Positions 1 through 14,100 of a DNA stretch of 64,000 nt are shown here, piece after piece; position 1 is the first letter of the stretch; each line of letters begins with the position of its first letter. Where the stretch lies: positions 40,898,788-40,962,787 of the forward strand of contig CM120640.1 of the NCBI GenBank assembly GCA_051362555.1, read 5' to 3'. Under the pieces are notes generated by a model. That model saw only the letters and a list, made by a program, of their open reading frames with translations, ran no database searches and had not been told where the DNA came from. Position numbers and translations under genes: made by a program. Source of the DNA: Lingula anatina (lineage: Eukaryota > Animalia > Brachiopoda).

Positions 1-825
1 TTCCCCCTTTAAGTGTTTATGTTCTTATTTAATTTGAATTCCTCTCTCTTTTTAACATACATGGTAGTTTTATGTTGAATTTTTTGTTTAGATAGGACAC
101 CGTCGTAATATAATAATTGTCGCTCAGTAACCCACAACCTAAATTACACTTTAATGTGAAATAAGTAAAATGCTTAATGGTGTTATAGTGCCCTTTTTAA
201 ACTCATAATACAGCAAGTTTTAAAAAAAGGCATTGCTATATGTATATTTTAAGTTGTGCATTCCATCAAAAGGGATTCTAGCGCACAGAAGTTGGGGTGT
301 CCCACATCATAGCTTAACATCAGTCACTGAATAATTTCGAAGAAAATGTTGCCCTATAAAGTTTTAATACGTTTTGCCTGGACAGGACCAAGTACTTTTA
401 AAATCCATTCGATTGCCCAATAAGTGAATACTGCGGATAAAAACACTTTACAGAATGCATGTCACCTTACATCCGTTACGCCTTTTTTTAGTACATTCAT
501 TCATACCGCTCACTGTTTAAATTATCGATCCGTATTAAAATTATAGATAACTGATAATTATATCAAGACAAGATGACCATTTGGCTTGTAACTCGAGTTC
601 GCCTTAAAATCGAAGCAAAGTCTAATAAGATGTGTCGTTTATCTTTTGATTGACCAGAGTTTATATCATATTTTTTCATTATTATATATTTTAAATTGTT
701 TAATTTTGAATATCAATGAACGGCTGAAAACATTGATTGTTTGGCTTTGTTTTTGTATTTAATTTTTCGAGTTCAAGATTCGAAGTAAAGGATAAATATA
801 AAGAGCTTAATTGTAAAGTACTTAC

Positions 826-1279
826 CAAATATGTTAACATCAGCGATGTTACGGGGTACAGGTGGCATGTGGGCAGACCTGGCACGACCCAGAATTGAAC
901 GGACCTCGTTGAAGCTGGGGATGGGGAGATCACCGGCTTGCTGGATGTCCCTTGCCACCACATCATATGTTCGTCTGATGGGTCTGGTAATGTCCGCCTC
1001 GACCTGCTGCCGAAACTGCTCCATCACCAACGTCCTATCTACCTCATCGTCATCTGGAGTATGGTTGTGGTCTCCAGCGTGGACAACACGGATGTCCCTC
1101 GCATCTAGTTCAATCTCAAAACGCTCTGTTTTCAAAAATGCACGACAATTGCTTCTCCAACAACGCCAGAAAATGTATTGTTGACCAACTTTGTTTCTAT
1201 GATACCGATGTCCATCGAAAATCAAGATTTTTCCGCCCCGATTTCCAACCGAAATTCGGGGTACCGCTATTTGCGCCAT
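826..1279 (-). CDS. FLYWCH zinc-finger protein, N-terminal exon of a Mutator-like (MULE/Phantom-type) transposase; remainder not identified in window
   Basis: ORF 773..1279 gives RGGKILIFDGHRY...YIFWRC-x4-C...HNH (FLYWCH pattern), then LPIPSF..VRSILGRAR..MPPVP, the linker that typically precedes the MULE domain. Strong donor G|GTAAGT after 826; GC-rich against flanks. Confidence 0.8.
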
Positions 1280-1340
1280 TTAACTACCACTTGAGCCTTT
1301 GGATGGTCTCAGAATGAACGACCGCGTCGTCTTTTTTTCT

Positions 1341-1348
1341 CTTTTATA
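1341..1348 (-). promoter_or_regulatory. TATA box (TATAAAAG) of the FLYWCH gene
   Basis: Reverse complement of cttttata, ~60 nt upstream of the ATG at 1279. Confidence 0.5.
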
Positions 1349-2549
1349 CGCAGCAAGAGATTATATAATAATTACAGATTAATTCGGCAATTACACGTCT
1401 TTTTTTAATTCTCTTACATATAATCTTTACATGTGTATGCCAGGTGTCCACTAATTGGTTTAACTTTCCTTATGAATACAGGAAATATGTTTCCCAATGG
1501 GGAGTGGGAATAAGTTGGACAAGTGAAGAATTAACGAAAATGGCTACTTGAAAATAGCAATTTTAAAATGAAAATCAAGATGAACAGCGTAAGATGGCGT
1601 GGCATATTTCAGTTGAATGTGCTCATCTATTTGACGCTAAAATTATACGATATAAAAACAATATATTATAAATAAAATACAACAACATATTACAATTACT
1701 GTGTTAAAGCACAACGAAACAGTGGCATAACTAAATGCAGTTAAGTGTGTAATATTGTCAACAATAATGTGAAGTATTTGGGCATAATAAAAACATAAAA
1801 GGCGTTGAAATTTGCTGACAATTATTTACTTAAACTGACGATGCAACGTTACACATCGCGATGGACCACTGACAGGGTATAAAGTTTGTATTTGAAAGTA
1901 TAAGGGTACATATGTTTATAAAAGCACATAACATCAAAAAATTATTCATGAGAACCTTTTTTTCAATAAATTTAATCCTGTCGTTGTAAAGTTACGCTAA
2001 TTACTATTAGTAATGAAGGGAAATCAAACATTAAAAGTGATTTTTGTGTCAGAAAAAGAAGGAAAAGGTTAAAGAAAGTCATTAACAGTTTATGTGATTG
2101 GTTAACTTCATAACATAATATAATTTAAATTTCGTTCTACTATTTCTCGCATGATGACTGAGTTTTGGATATGAATCTAGTATGAGTATTGCAAATACTA
2201 TTTTTGCTAATTTTAGTTAAAAAAAAGGCTATTAGACATTGCCTAACAAGGTTGTGTTCTAAGGTAAAGTCAACATAAGTATGGAAAACTGGAAATCACG
2301 TTATAAACAATTTAAAGAACACAATAAAAATATTATAATATAGTATAAATACTTGTAAAATTGTATGAAGAGGGAGTGGTAAATAAGTGATTGAAGACTC
2401 CATAACATCGTTGTCGTTACAACACTTTTTTCAAAATTGGACACTTTTAAACATTTAACAAGAGCTTTGAAATATGTATATGTAAAAAGGTGAAAAGTGT
2501 GTTAAAGTACGTTGCGTGGAAATGAAGAACAAATTAATAAAACCAATTT

Positions 2550-3580
2550 TGTAATAAATTGCTGTAACTATGCGTACATCTTATTAATACACATGCATAC
2601 ATGCATTTAATTTGAAACATTTCAACTTGCATTACGCGTTGCAAGCTCATCAAAAGCAAGATTCATTTTCAGAAATCTTGACTTCAGAAGGCTGGGACTG
2701 AAGATTAATGGCGACGGAAATACCCGTTCACTTTGCCAAGTAAAACATAGAAAATAAGATTAAAAATGTCGGGAGGGATCGGTCTTTGATGTACTTCTAT
2801 ACTCTGGTGTCATGTAAACATTGTATGAGGCGCCTGTAATGTGATATGAAAATGTGGACATCAGTTTTTAAGAAGTAGGTGTCTTAATAAAGGCTGTTCG
2901 GCTTATATGAATAAGTCGGGCAAAAGGTTAATGGTTAAGCTTTGAGCTTAAAATAACATGGGCTTTAAGTCTTAACGGTTATTAAAACAAACGGCCATCA
3001 TAAAAGACATAGTGGTAATATTTATTGCCGAAAAAAATCAAAAATACTTTGGTGTATTACTATGGCAAAAAAGAAAATACAGGCCGAAAACCAATACCAT
3101 TAAATTTATTTGCAGATTAATTCCAATAAATTGCTGCAACGCTGCGTACATTTATTAATCGCACGTTTGTTGCAGGATAAAGATGAAGACTCTCGTATAC
3201 ACTTATTCCATGGGGAAAATTCTCTTTTAAATAGAATCTCAAGTTACAATACACGTTGTCAAGTTAATCAAAAGCATTCAACATGTGCAATAATCTTGTG
3301 TTCTTATGGCTGCGACTTAGGATTATTGGGGCGACGAAGAGACCCTTTCAATTTGCCAAGTAAAACATAGAAAAATAAGAACAAGATGTCGGAAAGCGAT
3401 CGTCCTTTGCCGTACTTCTTCACAATTAAGAACTGTATATCAGGAAACAATTATAATAAAACCTGTTAGACAGCTGCTGATTGATTGAAAGCACATACTA
3501 CCATCACAAAAGGCACAGTGGTAATATTTATTGACGAAAATATCAAAAATACTTTGGTGTATGACTATAGCAAAAATAAT
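2550..3580. repeat. Diverged tandem duplication (~0.5-0.6 kb unit) inside the putative transposon
   Basis: Matching blocks in the same order: attgctg..gcgtacat..ttattaat (~2558/~3130), ggcgacg..tttgccaagtaaaacatagaaaa..gtacttct (~2710/~3330), ccatca..agtggtaat..tcaaaaatactttggtgtat (~2995/~3501). Confidence 0.8.
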
Positions 3581-4578
3581 GGATCAAATATTAACTATTT
3601 TTGGGTGGTTTATTTTGAAAGATCAAAAAGGGATTTATGACAGATATTACAATATTGAAGGATTTTTTTGGAAAGATCGAAAAGATATTTATGACATTTA
3701 TAAGATGTTTATTTCAAACAGAAAAGAATTCCTTGATAAAGATACACAGTGCAAAAACGTAGTGCTGATAGATTCAAAAAAATATTCTTTGGACAATTTC
3801 CTAAAACCCCTAAATACAAAGGTGAAGGATAATTTAGTCCATAAATGTAGGCCCTACAAAATATACAATATGAAAAATAAACTTTGTAAAAACTTATATT
3901 AAAAACTGAAATGGCATAGCAATATGAAAATAAATATGCATCACTTGCCGTCTTAACTAACTGGTCAGTTTGTTAAAGAAAATTTGATTCCAATATATGT
4001 TAGCATTCGAACGAATTATCCGTACATTTATAATCAAGGGTTTCCCCTCCCCCCGCTCACAGACATGCATGCAATAAATGATATTTCGTTACGTATTCTG
4101 ACATTTAAATAAGAATCTTTATCAGTTCTGAGAGGTACATGTGCTAGTTGGCTAAAGCAATTAATTATCAAAAGTAACACAGCACACAAATATAAAACTA
4201 TATGTCATTAAATCAATAATAAATAGTAATTAGATAGATAATAACAAAATTACGAAGCTAAAATAACTGCATGTGACAATTACGACTACTAAAAGTATAA
4301 TGATAATAAATAAAAAGATGTTTTCTTTTCAGTAATTTCCTAAAGTGGGTGACGCCCATAGTGCCAAAAATAATTAATAAATTAACTTACAGAACTGATT
4401 ATTTAAAGCGATTTAAGATGTTTATGCCCATAAGGATAAACCTTCAATGCGCAGTTTTAACAAATTCAAATGGTACGGATGGAAGAATAGAACTTTTTAA
4501 ACTCGTTTATTAAAAAAAAAGGCCACTGCTCGTCACGTTACATAACAAGCACAATGGGTGATGGGTAGCCGACTTCTT

Positions 4579-4757
4579 CGGCGCAGCGAACCCTCGGCAC
4601 AGCGAACCAGATCCTTTCGGCACAGCGAACCTTCGGCATAGCGAACCTTTGATTTTGGGGCTCCGGAAAAACTTAGCCGATTTTAGACCAATTTTCCGGT
4701 TTTGTCGGCACAGCGAACCCTCGGCACAGCGAACCCTCGGCACAGCGCGCTGACCCC
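4579..4757. repeat. Subterminal array of 16-bp CGGCACAGCGAACCCT units (putative TIR)
   Basis: About 7 copies in clusters starting at 4579, 4618 and 4706 (last copy partial). Confidence 0.9.
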
Positions 4758-5078
4758 AGCAGGAAGGCCATTTTACTGTGACCTATTTATAATTTGAAAA
4801 ACTGCGCAATAAGCGATTGCTGATTATTTCAAATTATACCTTAATCATAGTTTTGCAGATGTACCTAAAATTCTTTTCATTAAATAAAATTTTACTATTT
4901 TTCCTCAGCTTTTGAACTACAACCTCTCTTCTTCAGCGATTTCGAACTAGTTTCCATCGGCAGTTTCCGGCCTAAATTTCCTGGTACGGTACTGCGGTTT
5001 ACATCTGGAAGTATAAAGTTTCGTTCCCGTGCAACTCGCTTGAAGCCGGCTCACTAGTGTACTGCTCGACTGCGAAGC

Positions 5079-8000
5079 ATGCCGACTATGTTTTTCACTT
5101 TGATCGCACTGAGCCTTATGGCTGCTGATGTTTCAGCATCTAGGTAAGAATTACAGCATTACTGACAGTTTTACTTTTATTTCAGTTTCACGGCGGGAAG
5201 TTTAAAAGGCCATGTATGTTGACATAACGTTATCTGCTGGTGCTATTGTTAATTATAAATGGCCATTTTACCCTAAGTGCATTATGTTACATTCAGTTCC
5301 TTGGTGGTCCAGTTTCTAAAAAAATGATTTGTGTTGTGCGTAACAAAGGCGTGCTGTCTTTTGTGCAACCATCATTTAAATAATATTATTGTGTATGTGA
5401 TATGTAATTAATCCTCCCAGTATTTGACTCCGGCGGCTATTATGTAAACTGAAACTTGATATTTAAGCTGATGATTATTTTAAATTGAATCTAGTTGCCC
5501 TGTAGTGGGAGATCTATTGGCTTTTACATTGGTATTGGTAGCCCAATGCCTCTACTCTGCCATTCCTGGTGTAATTCTAATCCAGTGCTTGTTCTTATCA
5601 GTGTCAGACAGTGACAGTTAACAGATTGTGACACAGAATGGGCCCCTTGTTTATATACTTGATTGATTACATTCCTCACATTCTCTGAAGGGAATTGGGT
5701 TCTTATTAAGTACATGAAACAGTTCATACTAGTATTTCGTAGCTGTTATTAATAAAGTGATGGTTTAAAAGCATCATACAAAGGTGAAATTCTGACTGGA
5801 TTCATAATTCATTCTGATTACTGTCAGCTGAAGCAGTTAAGTCTCTGGTCTATCATCAGAAACATGCCCTGCTTCTGGAACTTTGCCAACATCTCCAGTG
5901 CTTCTCTGTTTAATTTATCACTAGATTTTTGGCCTGTTACTGTTTACTTTCCTCTGAAAATGACCTTGCATACTTCCTTGAAATGAGGTAGGAACTGTAG
6001 CACATATTTGCACTGGCATCATAAGAAGCTTTGTAGCTCTTGATGTGCATTTATATATTGTTTATTACTATGATGCCTGAAAACAAAAGGATTCATAAAA
6101 GTGCAGTCTTGGTATCCCAAATATAGATGTAATCATCATGTTTTCAAATGTGCTTGCTTTGGGCAATGGTAGTGTGATGATGTTTTGAGAGATATAAATG
6201 ACATCTCTGTCTTGCAAGTACCTTTTCAAGATTAAAAATATTGCAGAAAGGCTTAGATGATATCAGTGTCAGAGGAAATTAGTCTGGAGTAGCAGACATA
6301 TCACATGTAGGATTATTTGCCATGAGCACTTGTGTGAATGTGATTTGTAGAAAACATGATTTAAACATTAATAAATAAAAGATATTATAACTCCAGTAAT
6401 TAAGGCATATTTTCATAAACCGCTCTGTCTGTTCCTGGGCCTGTTCCTCTCCCAGATGCTTTATTGATTTTTTCTTTTTGAAATCAAAGTTTATTAGTTT
6501 TAAAAATGTAATTTTTTTCTTTCAGAATGGGCTTCATGTTAACTGCACCAAAAATTCTTCAGTCCAACTCTACAGAAAAGCTGTGCATAACATTCCATGA
6601 AATCAGCTTTGATCTTACAGTTACAGTTATGTTGGAAAATAGCCCAGCTATAACTGAAGAACTTTTTGAATCAGGTAAGATTAAGAGAAAATTCACATAA
6701 TAGTACGGTAAAGAGTTTTATGATAGTGATTGGTGGTAGTGATGCATGTGGACATGTAGGAGTGAGGGGAAGTGATTTATATCTTGTGCTCTTGACAGAA
6801 AGAATCAAACGTATGAGAAGTATTTCTTGTAGAGTATCAATATAGAAAAGCTTCCTTGTTGGGTTGGGGGAACTGACTTAGAATGAATGAGTTACACAAT
6901 TGAAATTTACAAACAGTGCTTATGCCTTGTACATTTTGAAATGTTGATGTTAATTCTAGGAAAAAAAATCCAACAACTGTAAATATGACATTGCATTTAT
7001 TACTGTTTCCATTGAATTTCTTTTTTTTTCTGACAGGTAAGGGTGGGTGCTTTGATTTCCATGTGCCTTACATGACAGTGGACGAAGATTCACTTTCAGT
7101 GATAGTAGAGCAGTATGGCACAGTGCCCCCTGACCAGACTCCGTACAAAGCTAATGCCACACAGAAAGTAAAAATCAACAGGATGAACCTGATGACCTTC
7201 ATCCAAACTGATAAACCCATTTATAAGCCTGGGGACAGAGGTAGGGTTTTATATTTTTTTACTTGTTTGTTTTCTTTTAAAGGTTCGCATTATTTTCTAG
7301 AGAGACCTTTAAGATTCCTCCATGTGTACTCTTGAAAGAGATTTTGTGACTGAATGCATGTTGTTTATCTGTTTTGTGCTTTATTTTACAGTGAAGTTCA
7401 GAATCCTCAGTGTTGATTCAAACTTGAAACCAAGGCTAGGTGAAGTAAGTATGATTGCAGTTGACAGCTTAAAATGAATGCCAGAATTATATTTTGTTTA
7501 TTACTTTTCCAGTAGGTTTCTTCTTGCCCTTGAGGATAGGTATTTTTGAAAACATTAATAAATAATTGGCCAATCTCAGCAGTTCATAATAAAGCAAAAA
7601 AAAAAAAGTTTTTTTTATCAGTGTTGTATGTTACAATCAAATATAAATCGCGTATTTATTACATTCCAGATTCCCAAAATATATGTGCAAGACCCTTCTG
7701 GTGTGCGTGTTGCTCAGTGGCTTGAGGTGGAGACACAGAAAGGTATGTTTTTTTTGTATTGAATTCTGCCTTTTTAGGTACATGTGTTCAAAGGACAAAA
7801 TAAGAATTGATAAAATTTACTGTATAACTAGATGTGTAGAAAATGCCTTAACATTTTAATTAACCTATGAATTCTGTACTTGTTTATCAATGCACAGTAT
7901 AAAATAAATTAAAAGTAATGCCAAGTGATATAATTGTTTGTTTTAGGGCTGGGCAGTTTGGAACTAGCACTTTCTAAGGAACCTGCACTTGGAGATTGGA

Positions 8001-10986
8001 AAATAACTGCTGAAATTGACAAGAAGAAAGAGGAACAAACATTTGAAGTTAAAGAATATGGTAAGTGTAGAAATGCAATACAGCTGTTAAGGGCATCTTA
8101 TTTTTTTATTTGAAAAAAAAAAGGATAACCTGCATGTGCAGTGTTGGTACACAAATAAGCTGAAAAAGGAAATCTATGTCCAGCATTTAAACTTGTTTTG
8201 GTCCAAATTTTTTCTAGCAGTCTTTTTATCTTTGTATATTATAATTTATAAACAAGAAAAAGGAATGTTGTATGTAAATCAGTAAATATTCAAGTAAATT
8301 CTGCATTATTACTATTTTGCCTATGTGAAAGAATATCTAGCAAAATTGCAAATGTGTATACTGAGTATATATTTTTATCAAGTTGTTAAGGCCACATTGA
8401 AAATATTATTAAAACAAGTGAAATAGTTTAGGTATGCCACACTTATTTTTATAAAGCGGCCACTGCATTGCTGTTCTTCTTGTCAGAATAGTTTAAGAAG
8501 AGAACACCAGCTGGTGTGTAGGAGTATATCTGGTTGAAAGGAAGTAGGCTCAAATAGACAATTATAAAATACTGAAGCTTAAGAGCTCCCCTGTTGGCAT
8601 CTTTTACTAAAATGGAGGAAACAGTTTGTGTTCATGAAATGATGTTGCCTTTTTGGTATCCTATTTGCAGTTACCAACAAGGAGTTCCCCTCATTATAAA
8701 CTGATAATAGAAAATGTGTAGGCGTTTTTGAACAGTGTCCATTTCCTTGGTGTTCCTGATCAGAGACAGTTGTACTACAAGTTTGTACTTTACTGTGAAC
8801 AGTTTCCCTAGCTGGAAAGAGGCATTTGTTGGCCTGTATTCTCTGCTAGCTTAATTTGTTAAGGGGAATGTTGAGTCATTTTCCTGCTGTTTTAGAATAC
8901 TCAAAGACTTGATACTGTCTCTGCATGGGACACTGGAAATTTTCGGCAGGAGTTTTATTTTAATGGGCACCAGTTCAAAGAAAACAGCAGTTGTAAGGAA
9001 CATCAATGGTTAAATGTGTTGTTCCTGTGGTTTACATTTATTAACAAACCCTGATAAATGAAATTAGATTATTGACGTTATTTGAAAGAATATTATTTAC
9101 ACAAATTGTAACCAAACAACAATAATTTTTATTGTGGTTACTGTATCTCTTTAAGTATTTACTCAGGCTGAAGATGTTGGTATTTGTCCAGGTATGAGTT
9201 AGTGGTCTTCCCCTTAGTCTGACTCAAGTTTTAACCACTAGCCACAAATGGAGCAGATTTTGGGCAAATTGTCATTCAATCATGCCACCCTGTGGTAACC
9301 AAGTGTCATCCTGGATAACCTCTTTACTTCCCACGTTTGAAAATACTGGAAGCAACTGTTGAAATGTAATCAGCCATTTAACATATGGCAAAGCTTTACT
9401 GAATTAATTTTGGTTGACACCTGTTTTATAATTCTAAGGGATGGCAAAAAAAAAAAAAAAAAACAAAAAAAAACATGATATCCCAAGAAATGAATAAAAA
9501 GTATAAGTATGAACCTTGATTTGTTGCTTTACAATAGAATCCTGTATATTTTTGTTATAAATTATTTTGTTTATCACTGAGTACATAGTCATACACCCAC
9601 TCACATATCTCACTTTTACTCCTTTTTATACTAACATCTCCTCTTTCTAGAGCACTGCCTCCCACACCACACCGGCAGTACACTGCTCTATTGTCATTAG
9701 AACTTGTAGATAGAATTTCTGATTTTCGTCTGCATCTCAACCTGCATTGTTTTTGTACAGTCTGCTCTATGTTTCCTCAGAGCTCAGTGAGTTGACCTTC
9801 ATTATGCTACCAGACAATATTGTTCCATTTTCTTTTCTGTTCATTTTAAATCTTGAACTGGCATGACCTGGGAAGATCAGAATGTACTTTCTTGTGACTT
9901 GCAATATAATCCTCCGTATAAATGATGAAAAAGTCAGTATTGAATTCACACGGAAATCGGTTCTGATACCTAATACTATTAGGTTGATGAAGTTTATGAA
10001 TTTACTTCAGTAAATTGTTTGGTAAACAGTTATTTAGGCTTTTGCCTGAGGCTGACCACCTGTCCAGACTTTGTTCATGGTACTTGCTCATGTTATTACA
10101 GCTTTTTGGATATCTGTATAAGATGAATCAAGCAACTCTCACTAATGGATTTTCTTTTCAGTTTTGCCCAAATATGAGGTGAAAATTAAGCCACCCTCTT
10201 TTGTGAGAGTTGATGATAAAGAAATCAAAGGAGAAATCTGTGCACAGTAAGTAATTGTGGGGGTGGAAAAAGGGAGATTATTATTTTTGGGGAGGGGACA
10301 AGTATGTTTTGTTTAAAGAAATACAGTTTCACTATGAAACTTCTATGCAGCATGATATGACAGAAGATAAAGACAACATAGTATGAGGATGTAAGCCTTT
10401 AGCCAGCAATTTCCAAGTAGGGTTCTTTTTCTTAAAACTTGGCCTTTTTTGTACCCCCCCCCCTTCCCCAGTTAACACAATTTGAAAAACAGGATCTGCT
10501 TAATTAAATCAAATTTTGTTTCAGAGGGGATCTTTTGCAGCCAAAAGATTTTTTCCTAACTCACCCACCCCCATCATTTTGGGGGATGGGGGGGGGGGGG
10601 GGGGCTACTATTGCTTGTGGTGAATTGCAGCCTTACAAAGCTTTCAGTGTTGGCAAGTTTATACATAAGATCCATGGCAGTTGCCAGGGTCAGATTATTT
10701 CAGTGTTTGAAGATGTCACCTTGGCCTTTGATCTTGCCAGTCTATGATACCCTTGAACTTTCAAGCAATATTTTCCTTGCTTTAGAGAGAAGCTGTCCAA
10801 ACAACACCATAATGCCATGTGCACGGCTGTCACTGCTCACTTCTCTGGTCTTTTTAATACAAACTGACTGTTAAGTGGTGTAAATTTGTATTTGACCATT
10901 TCAGTGCTCTGGTTGTACATGTAGTAACAATCCCATATAGATAAGTTCATCAGAAATTGGTAAATTATATATTGAGGGCCTCTTTT

Positions 10987-11053
<67 letters not shown>

Positions 11054-11092
11054 GTATGTATGTATGTATATGTATGTATTTATGTATGTATG

Positions 11093-11124
<32 letters not shown>

Positions 11125-14100
11125 TGTATGTATGTATGTACGGAGATCATGCTTTTTATGAAACTGCCATGTGCTGATGTCATGTTTTTTTGTTTCTTTA
11201 AGTTTCTCAAAATTTACACCTTTTCACAGCAAGCATTAAATCTTGGCCGCTACAATTGTACCAGTATGTTTTGAGTGATTGACAACTTTATGCCCCCCCC
11301 CCCCCCCCCATTTTAGTGACACTAAAATTATTTCAATTGTTTCAGTTACACCTATGGAAAGCCTGTTAAAGGAGAGCTAGTTGCAGAGTTTTGTGTCAAA
11401 ATAAGGTATACCTCTTCTGTCAGGCCATGTGCTATCTTGGTGGATGAGGTAAGCAATATATTACAATATATCACTTTCAAAACAGCTGTCTTAAATTCCT
11501 GCTGTAAATCCATTACTACTGCTCACAAAACAAATGATTCCTAGCATTTCTATTTTTTCAGTCTTATGAACTTTGTTTCTTAAATATAGTAATGTAATTT
11601 AAAATGGTTTCATTTATTCTTTCTAGATTAATGGTTGTCAACCATTTACTATCCAAGCTTCCACTCTTAAGCTGACAAACAGCACCTATTCCATATATGA
11701 TGCCAAGTTACAGGTGGTTGCCAGGGTAACAGAGGAAGCAACAGGTAATATTGACAGTAAAATTGATTGATTTTCATTTTTTGTAAATTTTTGTAAAACT
11801 GGTTTTTAAGAGTCCACGTTCATGCATCCATTATCAGTAAAATGTTTATCTTGTATTTCACATGATTTTCTTGAATTTTATGTCAAGATAAATGCCCCAT
11901 ATATTGAAATGCATGTTTCTTAAGGGTAAGTATAATTGATGGGTGTAAAGTTATTTTAAAGGGAATTTTGGTCGGATTATTGTTGTTGTAAATCCTTTTA
12001 TCTTTTAAAATTAACAACCTGCCTGTTCAGTTAAATGTATGTAAAATTATATAAGTGATTACTTCCCCTGCTTGAATGTTCCATTTTTCTAGAAAAGTGA
12101 AAGTAGTATAAATTGTGGGAAATATACTTTGTTTAATTTTATTATATATTTTTTGGAAATTATGCATTTGGAATTTTGATTGTGAAATTTGATTGAGTGA
12201 TGGTTGATGTATGATAAATCAAAATTTCACAGATGGTCTGTTTTAGTTAAATGATGTCATCGCTATTTCTTGTAACACTTTCATGTCTTTGTTTAGGTGT
12301 CATCTTGAATGAAACCAATGATGATGCAAAGATTGAAACTACACCATTTAAGATTGAGATCAGAAAACACTCTCCAGATACATATAAACCAGGTCTCAAA
12401 TACCATGGAAAGGTAGGGATTTTTTTGTATGACTTTTTAAATTCAGTACATGTAAATAAAGTCTGAAGTACAAAAATAACAAAAACGTGAGTAGAGAGGC
12501 TTGTATAAATTGTCCCTCTATTTTTACATTGAAGATAGTACTAGTGAAAACATGACAATCTTGAGAACCACTATTTACATTACAGAAGTTATATATGCTA
12601 TGTAAGCATGTGGATAGCATTCAGTTTAAATTTACAAAACATTAAAGAGGGAAATTTTGTTTTAAAGACATATCATATTGTTTATTGAAAAGTGGTTCTT
12701 TCACTTAAATTCTGATAAAAATTCAAGAATAAACACCTTTTATCATATAATTATTATAAATTTAGATAGTAGTAAAGAAGCCAGATGGAGCCCCTGCCCC
12801 TGGTGAGTTGATCCAAGTTGGCATAGACAGCTGGCAATCTGAGAAAGACTTCAGACAGAATTACACCTCAGACAAGAATGGAGAAATCTTTTTCACTATG
12901 CCGCCTTTTGAGAAACAGTTGCCTTCTATCAAGATAGTGGTAGGTTGTCACAGTGGTATTTCTAAATATTTTTGGGCAATGTGTAGATTGTATTGGTTTC
13001 AGTCGTGGTTATGGTATGTTTTTCAGTGGTACTTCTAACATGGTGTCTCTTTGTTGCCATATATGTCACAGTACACAATGTTGACACTGTATGTAAAAAA
13101 TTCTAACAGTTTAAAGCCTCTCACATACCATGGACCACTTTTTAAATGCCCAAAGAAGAAAATAGAAAAAGAAATAACGAACATGTTTTGCTTTAAAGAA
13201 ATTGGTGATATTAAATGGCCCTAATTTTTTACCAATTTACACACACACACACACACACAAAACCTAAGTATTGCCTTTTTGTTGCAGGCTAGTGCCCCAG
13301 ACTATCCATACTATTATGACAGACAGGTTCACCAGGTCTATGCACAGCAGGCATATCACAGCATCCAACAGTGGTATTCACCAACTGGGAGATTCATGCA
13401 GATTGAACCTATAAGGGAAGTGGTCAAATGTGGATCCACTCTGAAAGTTAATGTGACTTATACCACAGAAGCCAACACTGAGCTGAAGTTTTATTATGAG
13501 GTATCCTGATTTGATATAATTTTGCTAGAAAAAAGAAACATGTCAGAATAGTCATAAACTAAAAGTGATTTTCCATGATTACTTGTCATATACATGTACA
13601 TGTACTTTTGACCCTGGATACACATGCACGCACACACACATGTGCATGCACACACACATACACACACACAGAAATACATGGATGTGTTTCAGTGGTTTAT
13701 TGTTTATGTATTCATATCAGATCTTGTCAAGAGGAAACATCCTTGAAAGTGGACACAAGCGTCACCATTTCAAAATACATGATTACATGGAACCTCTCAA
13801 TGATGAACCAGTTGGAGAAGACCTTGTAGAGATGGAAGGGGAAATTGCTCCGGGCTTTGAGGGCATGGAAGGAGCTGAGGAACCAGAAGTGCCTGTGGTA
13901 GAGGAGGAAATCATACCCGAGATTGCTATTCCATATGGAGATGATATGATGAGTGAGCATATTTTAATTTTCTTGCTGAAGATTACACTGTGTATGAAGA
14001 AATACATATAGGACTAATGTAGAATTCATTTTTAGGTCTTCAGAATCTTATATTTGATTACTGTGTCATCTAGTATCAGTCATTAGATTATTTTGTTTTG

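Larger units (their letters stand above)
1..4757 (-). mobile_element. Putative Mutator-like DNA transposon, one end only (other end presumably left of window)
   Basis: FLYWCH ORF plus terminal array of 16-bp repeats ending at ...gcgcgctgacccc (4757). Linking the two across 3.3 kb is inference; second TIR and TSD not visible. Confidence 0.55.

Noticed and set aside
831-1184. 117-aa plus-strand ORF and 88-aa overlapping ORF
   Set aside because: Antisense and alternative-frame shadows of the GC-rich FLYWCH exon.
4510-4743. 77-aa ORF and CRISPR-like look of the 16-bp repeats
   Set aside because: Repeats are directly abutting without unique regular spacers, context is eukaryotic; ORF is a product of the repeat.
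8449-8800. Possible decayed MITE (inverted gagctcccctgttgg / ccaacaaggagttc)
   Set aside because: Termini and TSD could not be defined.
9555-10130. Short minus-strand ORFs, possible LINE 3' remnant
   Set aside because: No convincing RT, RNase H or zinc-knuckle motif by eye.
10957-11274. Poly-N, poly-L, YI- and HT-repeat ORFs here and at 18623-19160, 21312-21638, 62999-63320
   Set aside because: Translations of microsatellites.
13501-13720. GTATCCT donor suggesting a U12-type intron
   Set aside because: Position +8 deviates and no TCCTTAAC branch site near the acceptor.
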